Shown in pieces: positions 46,589 through 54,939 of a DNA stretch of 64,000 nt. The translations under genes were made by a program, and so were the position numbers. The notes under the pieces are model-generated. The model had not been told where the DNA came from and searched no databases. It worked only from the letters and a program-made list of their open reading frames with translations. The stretch lies in NCBI GenBank assembly GCA_963768375.1, contig CAVYHO010000001.1, positions 20,136 through 84,135 of the forward strand, in the 5' to 3' direction. The DNA comes from an uncultured Solirubrobacteraceae bacterium (GTDB lineage Bacteria > Actinomycetota > Thermoleophilia > Solirubrobacterales > Solirubrobacteraceae). Each line of letters begins with the position of its first letter. Position 1 is the first letter of the stretch.

Positions 46589-47175
46589 ATCAGCGGGAGC
46601 GCGCGGGCGGCGAGCGTCGCGCGCTTCTGGTTTTGTGGCAACTCGGACAGCCGGAAGAGCGTGAACAGTGCCGACAGCGTGCTCTTGACCGTGTCGATCG
46701 AGATCACGAGGTCGGCCGCGATCTGCCGATTGGACGCCGGCGCCGCGTAGGTTGACTCGAGCAGCGGCCGGCAGAGGACCAGCAGCAGCCGGGTCTGCGC
46801 GGGCGTCAAGGTCACATGAATCTGCTCGCGCGCGACGCGCGTCACGCCCGCCGTGGTCGAGGCGGCCCGAGGAGCGTTGAACATGAGCTGCGTCGCGCCG
46901 ACCGTGACGATGTCGCCGTCGCGCAGCCGTCTCCGTCCGCGCAAGCGCTCACCATTGACCCACGTGCCGTTGTGGGAAAGCCCGTCGTCGCAGAGCACCC
47001 AGTCCTCGCCCATCCGGAGGAGTTCGGCGTGGACGCGCGACACGGAGTCGTCCCACGGCAGCGCGAGATCGCACGAGGCGCGGCGGCCGATCGTGATCTG
47101 TTCGCACTCGAGTTCGTACAGAGCCCGTCGTTCCATGTCGTCGCGGTAGAGCAGAAACGGGAGTGCAGTGGGCAT
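46579..47175 (-). CDS. FHA domain plus C-terminal LuxR-like HTH protein
   Basis: TIGRR..DL..VSRVHA..SHNGTWVNG..LRDGD; SNRQIAADLVISIDTVKSTL. Confidence 0.88.
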   Translation of the reverse strand: MPTALPFLLYRDDMERRALYELECEQITIGRRASCDLALPWDDSVSRVHAELLRMGEDWVLCDDGLSHNGTWVNGERLRGRRRLRDGDIVTVGATQLMFNAPRAASTTAGVTRVAREQIHVTLTPAQTRLLLVLCRPLLESTYAAPASNRQIAADLVISIDTVKSTLSALFTLFRLSELPQNQKRATLAARALPLIQR

Positions 47176-47239
47176 GGGGCGGATTGTCCGGCGCGCCGGG
47201 CGCCTCCGGACCCCTCCCTAGGGGTGGATCGACCGCCAC

Positions 47240-47277
47240 CGATTGCCGCATGCGGTCGGTTCGGATATACAAAGCAA
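47240..47277 (+). repeat. Second copy of the kinase upstream element
   Basis: See 44586..44623. Confidence 0.85.
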
Positions 47278-49260
47278 ATGCGGGACCTCGCTCCCGGCAT
47301 GGTCGTCGCCGGCTACCGGATCGACTCCCTCGTGGGTCGTGGTGGGATGGGTGTCGTCTACCGAGCGATCCAGCTGGATCTCGAGCGCGTCGTGGCGCTG
47401 AAGGTGATCGCGCCGGAGTTGCTGGACGACGACGACGTTCGCACCCGGTTCCTGACCGAGGCGCGCGCAGCGGCCAGCGTCGATCACCCGAACGTGATTC
47501 CGGTGCACACGGCGGGCGAGGACGCCGGCGTCGCGTACATCGCGATGCGGTTCGTCGCCGGCGAGGATCTGCGGTCGCTGGTCCGCCACGGCGGGGCGCT
47601 GGACGGGGCCGAGGCGGCGCGCATGGTCGCCCAGGCCGGCGCCGCGCTCGACGCCATCCACCGGGCGGGGTTCGTGCATCGCGACGTGAAGCCCGCGAAT
47701 CTGCTGGTCGATCGCGACGGCCACGTCTACCTGACCGACTTCGGGCTCGCGAAGATGGCGCTGACTCACTCGGGGGGGACGCGAACCGGCCAGTGGGTGG
47801 GGACGCTCGACTATGTGTCGCCGGAACAGATTCGGGGCGGCCGGATCGATGCCCGCGCCGACGTCTACGCGCTCGGAGGGGTGCTCCACTACGCGCTGAC
47901 CGGCCGGGTGCCGTTCGAGCGCCAGGGTGACGAGGCGAAGCTGTGGGCGCAGTTGTCGGCGCCACCGCCGGTGCCGTCGGACAAGCGGCCGGGACTGCCG
48001 GGGCAATTCGACGTCGCGGTCGTGCGGGCCATGGCCAAGAACCCGGACCACCGGTATCCGTCGGCGGGCGACCTCGGCCGCGCGGCGCAGGCCGCCGCCG
48101 TCGGCCGCTCGCCGACCGAGCCGGAGCGGATGGTCGCGCGCGGCGCCGCTGCGCCGGGTGCGGCGCCGACCGAGCCGGGCCTGGCCGCCGAAGCCTCGAC
48201 TCGCACCGCGGCGCGGTTCCCGGGGAAGCGACGGCGCCGGCGACGGGCGCCGCTGGTCGCCGCCGCGGGCGCACTGCTGGTGGCCGTCGGCGCGACTCTC
48301 GCCGTGGCGTCCATGCGCGACGACGACAAGGACCAGGCAGCGCGAGGCGGCGGGGCGACGCCCACGCCGACCGCGTCCCCCTCGCCCACGCCAACGCCCA
48401 CACGCGAAGCGCTCCCGCGCCTCGCGAACACGATCTCCAACGTCGGGGAGCGCCCGGCCGCGATCGCGCTCGCGTCCGGCGACTTCTGGATCACCAGCGC
48501 CCGCGAGCCGCGGCTGACCCGGGTGGACGCGGCGACCGAACGCAAGCGCTCCCGGCGCCCGCTGGTTGGGCCCGACGCCGCCGCGATCGTCGAGTACCGC
48601 GGCGACCCTTGGGTCGCCATGGGGAACGACCGTGTGGTCCTGCACCTCGACGGCCGTACCGGCGAGGTGCTCCTGCGCATCCCCGTTGCGATCGAGCCGC
48701 GCCGGCTCGCGGTGACCCGACACGGAGTCTGGGTGGCGAACAGCGCTCCCGGGGGGATCTTGCGCTACGACCGGACCAACGGGGCGCTGCTGCAGACGAT
48801 CCCGGTTCCCGAGGGGGTCAGGGGCATGATCGCGGGCGGCGACGCGATCTGGGTGGTCAAGCAGGCGAACAACAAACTGGCGCGGCTGGAGCCGGGGGCG
48901 ACCCGGGTCCGGGACTGGACGAACCTTCCCGGCGCAGTGCGCAGTATGCGCTTCGGACAGAACGCCCTCTGGATCGTGCTCGACGGCGAGAACACGGTCG
49001 TCCGCGTCGATGCGCGGAACGGCCGTTACGGACGTGGCGCCGGAGGACAGGGCCCCGCCCAGGCCGTCTTCGCGGGCGGACGCGTCTACGTCTCGAGTCA
49101 AGACGACAACACGGTGGTCGTGCTGGACCCTAAGACGCTTCAGCCCGTCCAAGATCCCATCCCGGTCGGCTTCAACCCCGGTGCGATGGTCGCCGACGAC
49201 CGCTCGCTGTGGGTCGTCGGGGTCGGCGACAACTCGCTGATGCGGATCGACTACCGCTGA
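47278..49260 (+). CDS. Hanks-type Ser/Thr kinase paralog, TM helix, PT linker, beta-propeller
   Basis: Same kinase motifs as 44624..46588; diverged extracellular part. Confidence 0.93.
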   Translation: MRDLAPGMVVAGYRIDSLVGRGGMGVVYRAIQLDLERVVALKVIAPELLDDDDVRTRFLTEARAAASVDHPNVIPVHTAGEDAGVAYIAMRFVAGEDLRSLVRHGGALDGAEAARMVAQAGAALDAIHRAGFVHRDVKPANLLVDRDGHVYLTDFGLAKMALTHSGGTRTGQWVGTLDYVSPEQIRGGRIDARADVYALGGVLHYALTGRVPFERQGDEAKLWAQLSAPPPVPSDKRPGLPGQFDVAVVRAMAKNPDHRYPSAGDLGRAAQAAAVGRSPTEPERMVARGAAAPGAAPTEPGLAAEASTRTAARFPGKRRRRRRAPLVAAAGALLVAVGATLAVASMRDDDKDQAARGGGATPTPTASPSPTPTPTREALPRLANTISNVGERPAAIALASGDFWITSAREPRLTRVDAATERKRSRRPLVGPDAAAIVEYRGDPWVAMGNDRVVLHLDGRTGEVLLRIPVAIEPRRLAVTRHGVWVANSAPGGILRYDRTNGALLQTIPVPEGVRGMIAGGDAIWVVKQANNKLARLEPGATRVRDWTNLPGAVRSMRFGQNALWIVLDGENTVVRVDARNGRYGRGAGGQGPAQAVFAGGRVYVSSQDDNTVVVLDPKTLQPVQDPIPVGFNPGAMVADDRSLWVVGVGDNSLMRIDYR

Positions 49261-49289
49261 AGACCGGCTGAAGTGCCACCATCCTCGCC

Positions 49290-50921
49290 GTGATCGTCGC
49301 GGCGGTGTTGGCGGGCGTGCTCGTTGTGGTGGTGATCGTCGCCGCCGTTCGGCTGCGCTCGACGGGCCAACGGGCCGGAGCCGCCGAGGCCGAGCGCGAC
49401 CGCCTCAAGGCCGAGGGCGAGGCGCTGCGCGCGCAACTCGCCGAACGCGACCACACGGTGCGGGAACTCACGCCGTACCGCGGGTTCGTGGAGGACGCCG
49501 GCGACTGGGTGTGGGCCACCGACGCCGACGGCACGCTCACGTTCTCGAACGCCGCCGGCGCCGCGTTGCTCGGGCATGACGATCTTGTCGGGCGTTCGCT
49601 TGCGGACCTCACCCACCAGGAGGATCGTGACGCCAACGCCGCCCCCGAGGGCTGGGCCGGCGTTCTGCGCCGCCTGCACGCCGACGGCTCGCTCAAGACC
49701 GTCGACACCCGTTCCATACGCGTGGGCGACGGATGGCAGGGCATCGACCGCGACCTGACCGCCGCGGCCCCCGGCCCGCGCGCGCCACGCCAAGCCCCGC
49801 CGCAGGTCGAGCGCCCCGGCGTCGCCGTCGTGCGCTGGCCGGTGGTCGACGGGCGCCGCGAGGTCGTCGGCTACGAGCTGGTCGGCGACGGCAGCGTGCT
49901 CGGCGCGTTCGCGCCTGACGAGTTGATCGAGCTCGGCGGCGGCCGGCCGGTGTGGGTCGGCCTCGAGGGCGAGGAAGTGCCCGACCTGCCGCGCGATCGC
50001 GCCGTGCTCCAGCTCCCGCCCGACGCGCCGCCCGAGCGCGCGCAGGCGCTGGCCGCGGCCGGCTTCGGGCTCGCGGTCGTCGGCTTCGAGGGCACCTCGC
50101 CGCTGCTCGACCAGTGCGGGATCGTCAAGGTCGACACCACCGACCGCAGCGACGACGATCTGCGCGCGGTGATCGCCGAGCCGGCCTCGCGCGGGCTCGT
50201 GCTCGTCGCCACCGGCGTGAAGACCGCCGACGAGTTCACCCGCTGCCGCGTGCTCGGCTTCTCGCACTTCCAGGGCGAGTTCTTCGCCCGCCCGCGCGGC
50301 GAGTCGGGCAGCGACGGCGTCGGTCAGGGCGCGGTCGCCTCGCTGCAGGCACTCGCGGAGCTGACCGGGAGTGACGCGTCGTTCGAGGACCTCGAGCGGA
50401 TCATCGGCGCCGACGTCGGGCTCTCCATCGCGCTCCTGCGCCACGTCAACTCGGCGTTCTTCTCGTTGCCGCGCAACATCGACACCGTGCGCGAGGCGCT
50501 TACCCTGCTCGGCACCCGCGCCGTCCGCCGCTGGGCGACGGTGGTCGCGCTCTCCTCGGTCCCCGAGGTTCCGGACCAGCTGATCGCGCTCGCGCTCCTG
50601 CGCGCGCGCATGTGCGAGCTGCTCGGCGGCTCGACCAGCGAGGAGGAGCGCGACCGGCTGTTCACCGTCGGGCTGTTCTCGGTCGCCGACGCGCTGCTCG
50701 ACGCCCCGATGGAGGACGTGCTGGCGACGCTGCCGTTCACCGAGGAGGTGACGGGCGCGCTGCTGCGCGGCGAGGGCCGCCGCGGCCGGATCCTGGCCAG
50801 CGTGCTGCGCTACGAGCAGGGCCACTTCCCCGATAGCGCCGAGGGGGACCCGATCGAGCTCGCCGAGGCCTACCTGACCGCGCTCAAGTGGGCGGATGAC
50901 GCCGGCCGCTGGCTGGCCTGA
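49290..50921 (+). CDS. TM, coiled-coil, PAS, degenerate EAL and HDOD domain protein
   Basis: GYEL, VKVD, GFSHFQGEFFARP; LLRHVNSAFF, RARMCELL, FTVGLFS. Confidence 0.82.
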   Translation: MIVAAVLAGVLVVVVIVAAVRLRSTGQRAGAAEAERDRLKAEGEALRAQLAERDHTVRELTPYRGFVEDAGDWVWATDADGTLTFSNAAGAALLGHDDLVGRSLADLTHQEDRDANAAPEGWAGVLRRLHADGSLKTVDTRSIRVGDGWQGIDRDLTAAAPGPRAPRQAPPQVERPGVAVVRWPVVDGRREVVGYELVGDGSVLGAFAPDELIELGGGRPVWVGLEGEEVPDLPRDRAVLQLPPDAPPERAQALAAAGFGLAVVGFEGTSPLLDQCGIVKVDTTDRSDDDLRAVIAEPASRGLVLVATGVKTADEFTRCRVLGFSHFQGEFFARPRGESGSDGVGQGAVASLQALAELTGSDASFEDLERIIGADVGLSIALLRHVNSAFFSLPRNIDTVREALTLLGTRAVRRWATVVALSSVPEVPDQLIALALLRARMCELLGGSTSEEERDRLFTVGLFSVADALLDAPMEDVLATLPFTEEVTGALLRGEGRRGRILASVLRYEQGHFPDSAEGDPIELAEAYLTALKWADDAGRWLA

Positions 50922-52252
50922 TGTCCCATCTCTCGTTGCGGCTGAAGCTCACGCTGGCGTTCACGGGCGTGATGGCGGTGCTGCTCGCGATCGCGGGCAT
51001 CGCGCTCAGCCTGCTCGTGGCCACCAACCTGGACTCGACGATCGAGAACGGGCTCGAGGCGCGGGCGGGTGACGCCGCGGCGGTCGTCGCGAACGGCAAG
51101 CTGGCCAGCACCGGCGAGCCGTTCGCACAGGTGCTGGCTCCGGATGGCCTCGTGGTCGACTCCACGACCGGCGCCGGCACGCGGCCGCTGCTGAGCCCGG
51201 ACGAGCTCGCCAGGGCGCGCACCGATGTGATCTCGGTCGAGCGCACGCGTCGCGAGGACGCCGAGCTGCGGCTGGTGGCCCGGCCCGTGAAGGTCGGCGG
51301 CGTCGACGCGGTGCTGGTCGTCGGCGAGTCGCTGGCCCAGCGCGAGCGCGCGCTTGTCGCGCTGCACACGCGGCTGGCGGTCGGCGGCCCGCTGGCGCTG
51401 CTGATCGCGTCGGCGGTCGGCTATGCGCTCGCCGCCGCGGCGCTGCGGCCGGTCGAGCGGATGCGCCGGCACGCCGCGGCGATCACGGCGGGGCAGACGA
51501 ACGAGCGGCTGCCGGTGCCGCCGGCCGACGACGAGATCGGGCGCCTCGGCCGGACGCTGAACGAGATGCTGGCCCGGCTCGAAGTCGCGTTCAAGCGCGA
51601 GCGCGCGTTCGTCTCCGACGCCTCGCACGAGCTGCGGACGCCGCTGGCGATCCTGCGCACCGAGCTCGAGCTGGCGCTGCGCGGCGAGCACACGCGCGAG
51701 GAGCTCGAGGCGGCGCTGCGCTCCGCCGCCGAGGAGTCGGAGCGGCTCTCGCGGCTGGCCGAGGACCTGCTGGTGATCGCCCGCTCGGATCAGGGCCGGC
51801 TCCCGATGCGCCTCGAGCCGCTCGACGCGGGCGACGTGCTGGCGCGCGTCGCCGGCCGCTTCCAGACGCGCGCTCGCGCCGAAGGCCGGCCGCTGGCCGC
51901 CGACCCGTCGCCCGGCGTCGAGGTGAAGGCCGACCCGGACCGGCTCGAGCAGGCGCTCGCGAACCTCGTCGACAATGCGCTCACCTACGGCGATGGGACG
52001 GTCACACTGAGCGCCCAAGCGGCGAACGGCGGCGTCGAACTGCACGTGCGCGACGAGGGCCCGGGGTTCCCGCCCGAGTTCCTGCCCCGCGCCTTCGAGC
52101 GCTTCACCAGGGCCGATGAAGCGCGCTCGCGCGGCGGCAGCGGTCTCGGCCTCGCGATCGCCGCCGCGGTGGCTGTCGCGCACGGTGGCAGCGCCCAGGC
52201 ACGCAACGGCTCGCCCGGGGCGGACGTCTGGATCACTGTGCCCGTCGAGTGA
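50921..52252 (+). CDS. HAMP-domain sensor histidine kinase
   Basis: DASHELRTPL, NLVDNA, DEGPG, GSGLGL. Confidence 0.94.
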   Translation: MSHLSLRLKLTLAFTGVMAVLLAIAGIALSLLVATNLDSTIENGLEARAGDAAAVVANGKLASTGEPFAQVLAPDGLVVDSTTGAGTRPLLSPDELARARTDVISVERTRREDAELRLVARPVKVGGVDAVLVVGESLAQRERALVALHTRLAVGGPLALLIASAVGYALAAAALRPVERMRRHAAAITAGQTNERLPVPPADDEIGRLGRTLNEMLARLEVAFKRERAFVSDASHELRTPLAILRTELELALRGEHTREELEAALRSAAEESERLSRLAEDLLVIARSDQGRLPMRLEPLDAGDVLARVAGRFQTRARAEGRPLAADPSPGVEVKADPDRLEQALANLVDNALTYGDGTVTLSAQAANGGVELHVRDEGPGFPPEFLPRAFERFTRADEARSRGGSGLGLAIAAAVAVAHGGSAQARNGSPGADVWITVPVE

Positions 52253-52293
52253 CTCTCATTTTCAACTCATGCTCCATCACAATGCTTCTCACC

Positions 52294-52962
52294 ATGAGAG
52301 TGCTGGTGGTCGAGGACGAGATCAAGATGGCGAGCCTGATCCGGCGCGGTCTGCGCTCGGAGGGTCTGGCCGCGGATGTGGCGATCAAGGGCGAGGACGC
52401 GCTCTGGATGGCCGGTTCGACGGGCTATGACGCGATCGTGCTGGACGTGATGCTCCCGGGCATGGACGGCTTCGAGACGTGCCGTCGGCTGCGCGAGGAG
52501 GGCATCTGGTCGCCGGTGATCATGCTCACCGCGCGCGACACCGTCGAGGACCGCGTGGCGGGCCTGGACGGCGGTGCCGACGACTATCTGGCCAAGCCGT
52601 TCTCGTTCGCCGAGCTGCTGGCGCGCCTGCGCGCGCTCGCCCGTCGCGGCCCGGTCGAGCGCCCGGCGGTGCTCGAGGTCGGCACGCTCAAGCTCGATCC
52701 GGCGGCCCGTCGCGTCTGGCGCGAGGACACCGAGGTCAACCTGTCGGCCAAGGAGTTCCAGCTGCTGGAGACGTTCATGCGTCACCCCGGCGAGGTGCTC
52801 TCGCGCTACCAGCTGCTCGAGCACGCTTGGGATTACGACTACGAGAACCGCTCGAACATCGTCGACGTCTATGTCCGCTATCTGCGCGACAAGATCGATC
52901 GCCCGTTCGGCGCCAATCAGCTCGAAACGGTCCGCGGCGCGGGCTACCGGCTGCGCGACTAG
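52294..52962 (+). CDS. OmpR-family response regulator
   Basis: VVEDE, LDVMLP, LTA, GADDYLAKPF, TVRGAGY. Confidence 0.95.
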   Translation: MRVLVVEDEIKMASLIRRGLRSEGLAADVAIKGEDALWMAGSTGYDAIVLDVMLPGMDGFETCRRLREEGIWSPVIMLTARDTVEDRVAGLDGGADDYLAKPFSFAELLARLRALARRGPVERPAVLEVGTLKLDPAARRVWREDTEVNLSAKEFQLLETFMRHPGEVLSRYQLLEHAWDYDYENRSNIVDVYVRYLRDKIDRPFGANQLETVRGAGYRLRD

Positions 52963-53093
52963 CTCGCTTCGCCCGGCGTTGTCGCCGCCAGCACCGCGTC
53001 GATCTCCTCCGAGGTGATCCGTAGCGCCTCGGAGGGCTCGGCCTGATCGGTCAGCACCGCGGTCACACAGGCGGCGACCAGATCGAGCACGGT

Positions 53094-53120
53094 GGAACCT
53101 TTCTCGCCCCCGCGTTGTAA
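53094..53120 (+). promoter_or_regulatory. Probable autoregulatory ECF promoter GGAACC-N13-CGTTGTAA
   Basis: Immediately upstream of the ECF sigma start. Confidence 0.65.
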
Positions 53121-53126
53121 TGCGGG

Positions 53127-53672
53127 TTGGTGGCTCGAGCGCTGACCGAGGGCGAACTGGTCGCTCTCGCCCAGGACGGAGATGGCGACGCGTACGCGTC
53201 GCTCGTCCGCGCGCACCAGGACATCGCCTTCCGGACCGCCATGCTGATCACCCAGAACGCCGCCGAAGCCGAGGAGTCCGCGCAGGACGCGTTCGTCAAG
53301 GCGTGGCGCGCGCTCGGCGGCTTCCGCACCGGCGAGCCGCTGCGCCCGTGGCTGCTCACGATCGTCGCCAACGAGGCCCGCAACCGGCGTCGGTCGGCCG
53401 GGCGCAGGAGCGCCCTGGCGTTGCGCGCCGCCGAGCCCGAGCGCGTCGAGGACTCCTCGGCCGAGGCGCAGGTGATCGCGGCCGAGTCGCGCACCGCGCT
53501 GCTCGGCGCGCTCTCCCGGCTGCGCGACGACGACCGGCTGGTGCTTGGCTGCCGCTACCTGCTCGAGCTCTCGGAGGCCGAGACCGCCGCCGCGCTCGGC
53601 GTCCCGCCGGGCACCGTCAAGTCCCGGACCTCACGCGCGCTCGGGCGCCTGCGAGACGAGGTGACCACGTGA
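53127..53672 (+). CDS. ECF RNA polymerase sigma factor
   Basis: AEESAQDAFVKAW, PWLLTIVANEARN, GTVKSRTSRAL. Confidence 0.93.
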   Translation: MVARALTEGELVALAQDGDGDAYASLVRAHQDIAFRTAMLITQNAAEAEESAQDAFVKAWRALGGFRTGEPLRPWLLTIVANEARNRRRSAGRRSALALRAAEPERVEDSSAEAQVIAAESRTALLGALSRLRDDDRLVLGCRYLLELSEAETAAALGVPPGTVKSRTSRALGRLRDEVTT

Positions 53673-54385
53673 CCCCGGATCTCGAGCAGGCCCTGCGCGA
53701 ACTGGAGATCGAGTGGCCGGCGACGCCCGACATCGCCGCCGCCGTCCGGGTCCGCCTCGACGAGCCGCGGCGCCGGCGGTCGTGGCTCCCGACCGGGTGG
53801 CGGATGCAGCTCGCCTACGTCGCCGCGCTGTTGCTGATCCTGTTCGCGGGCACGATGGCCGTCTCGCCCGACGCGCGCTCCACCGTGCTGCGCTGGCTCG
53901 GGATCTCCAGCGTCGAGATCCGCAAGGAACCGCCGCGGCCGCTGCCGGCCGCGCGCGATCTCGGCGAGCGGGCGACGTTCGACCAACTGCGCGCCTCTGA
54001 AGCGCCGGTGCTCGTTCCGGAGGCGCTCGCCGATCCAGACGCCACCTATCTCACGCGGTTGCCGGACGGGTCCGACGCGGCGTCGCTGCTGTACGCCGAC
54101 CCGCCTGTCCTCGTACAGACGTTCCGCGCCAGCGCGACCCCGTTCATCGAGAAGACGATCGGCTCCGGCGCGCAGCTCGAGCGGCTGACCGTCGACGGGG
54201 CGATGGCGTACTGGATCAAGGGCGCGCACGGCTTCGCCTACCGCGCCGGCAGCGGCGGCGCCTACGACGAGCAGCGGCTCGCCGGCAACACCCTGCTCGT
54301 CGATCGCGCCGACGGCATCCTGCTCCGGATCGAGGGCCGGCTCAGCCGCGAGCGCGCGGTCGAGATCGCGCGCTCAGTTCAGTGA
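53669..54385 (+). CDS. Putative membrane anti-sigma factor
   Basis: GTGA coupling to the sigma gene; short cytoplasmic N-terminus, one TM helix, extracellular domain. Confidence 0.75.
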   Translation: MTPDLEQALRELEIEWPATPDIAAAVRVRLDEPRRRRSWLPTGWRMQLAYVAALLLILFAGTMAVSPDARSTVLRWLGISSVEIRKEPPRPLPAARDLGERATFDQLRASEAPVLVPEALADPDATYLTRLPDGSDAASLLYADPPVLVQTFRASATPFIEKTIGSGAQLERLTVDGAMAYWIKGAHGFAYRAGSGGAYDEQRLAGNTLLVDRADGILLRIEGRLSRERAVEIARSVQ

Positions 54386-54925
54386 CGGGTCCGGCGGCAT
54401 CGTCGCCAGTAGCGCGTATCGGTGGCCCTTGCGGCGCAGCACCGCCGCCCACAGGTCGCTCGGATCGGCCGTGAAGATCTCCTCGCGCGTCGGCGGCTCG
54501 ATGATCCACGCCTCCTCGGCGAGCTCGTCCTCGAGCTGACCAGGCCCCCAGCCGGCGTGCCCGGCGAACACCCGCGCGCGCCGGATCGCGCCGTCGAGGC
54601 GCTCCGGGTCGTCGGCGTCGGCCCCGATGAAGCCGAGGTCTTCGTCCACCAGCGCGCCGGCCAGCTCCGGACGGTCGAACTCGGCGAGCACGATCACCGC
54701 GGTCTCGGCCACGGGCCCGCCGACGTACACCGGTTCGGTGTCGCCCGCCAGCCACGACAGGTCGGGCACGGCTTCGCCGACGGTCGAGCCCGCGGGGCGG
54801 TTGAGCACCAGCCCCATCGCACCCTCGTCGGTGTGCTCGGCGATCAGGACGACGGTGCGGATGAAGTTCGGGTCGCGCAGGACCGGCGAGGCGAGGATGA
54901 GCTTGCCGCGCAGAGACTCGTCCAT
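54374..54925 (-). CDS. YqgE/AlgH family protein
   Basis: DPNFIRTVV, GLVLNRP, GGPV, GHAGWGPGQLEDE. Confidence 0.92.
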   Translation of the reverse strand: MDESLRGKLILASPVLRDPNFIRTVVLIAEHTDEGAMGLVLNRPAGSTVGEAVPDLSWLAGDTEPVYVGGPVAETAVIVLAEFDRPELAGALVDEDLGFIGADADDPERLDGAIRRARVFAGHAGWGPGQLEDELAEEAWIIEPPTREEIFTADPSDLWAAVLRRKGHRYALLATMPPDPSLN

Positions 54926-54939
54926 CCCTGCATTGTGCT

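Noticed and set aside
52959-53216. Short minus-strand ORF between the response regulator and the ECF sigma
   Set aside because: Overlaps the sigma gene and its promoter and has no motif; a peptide of about 43 aa cannot be excluded but is unsupported
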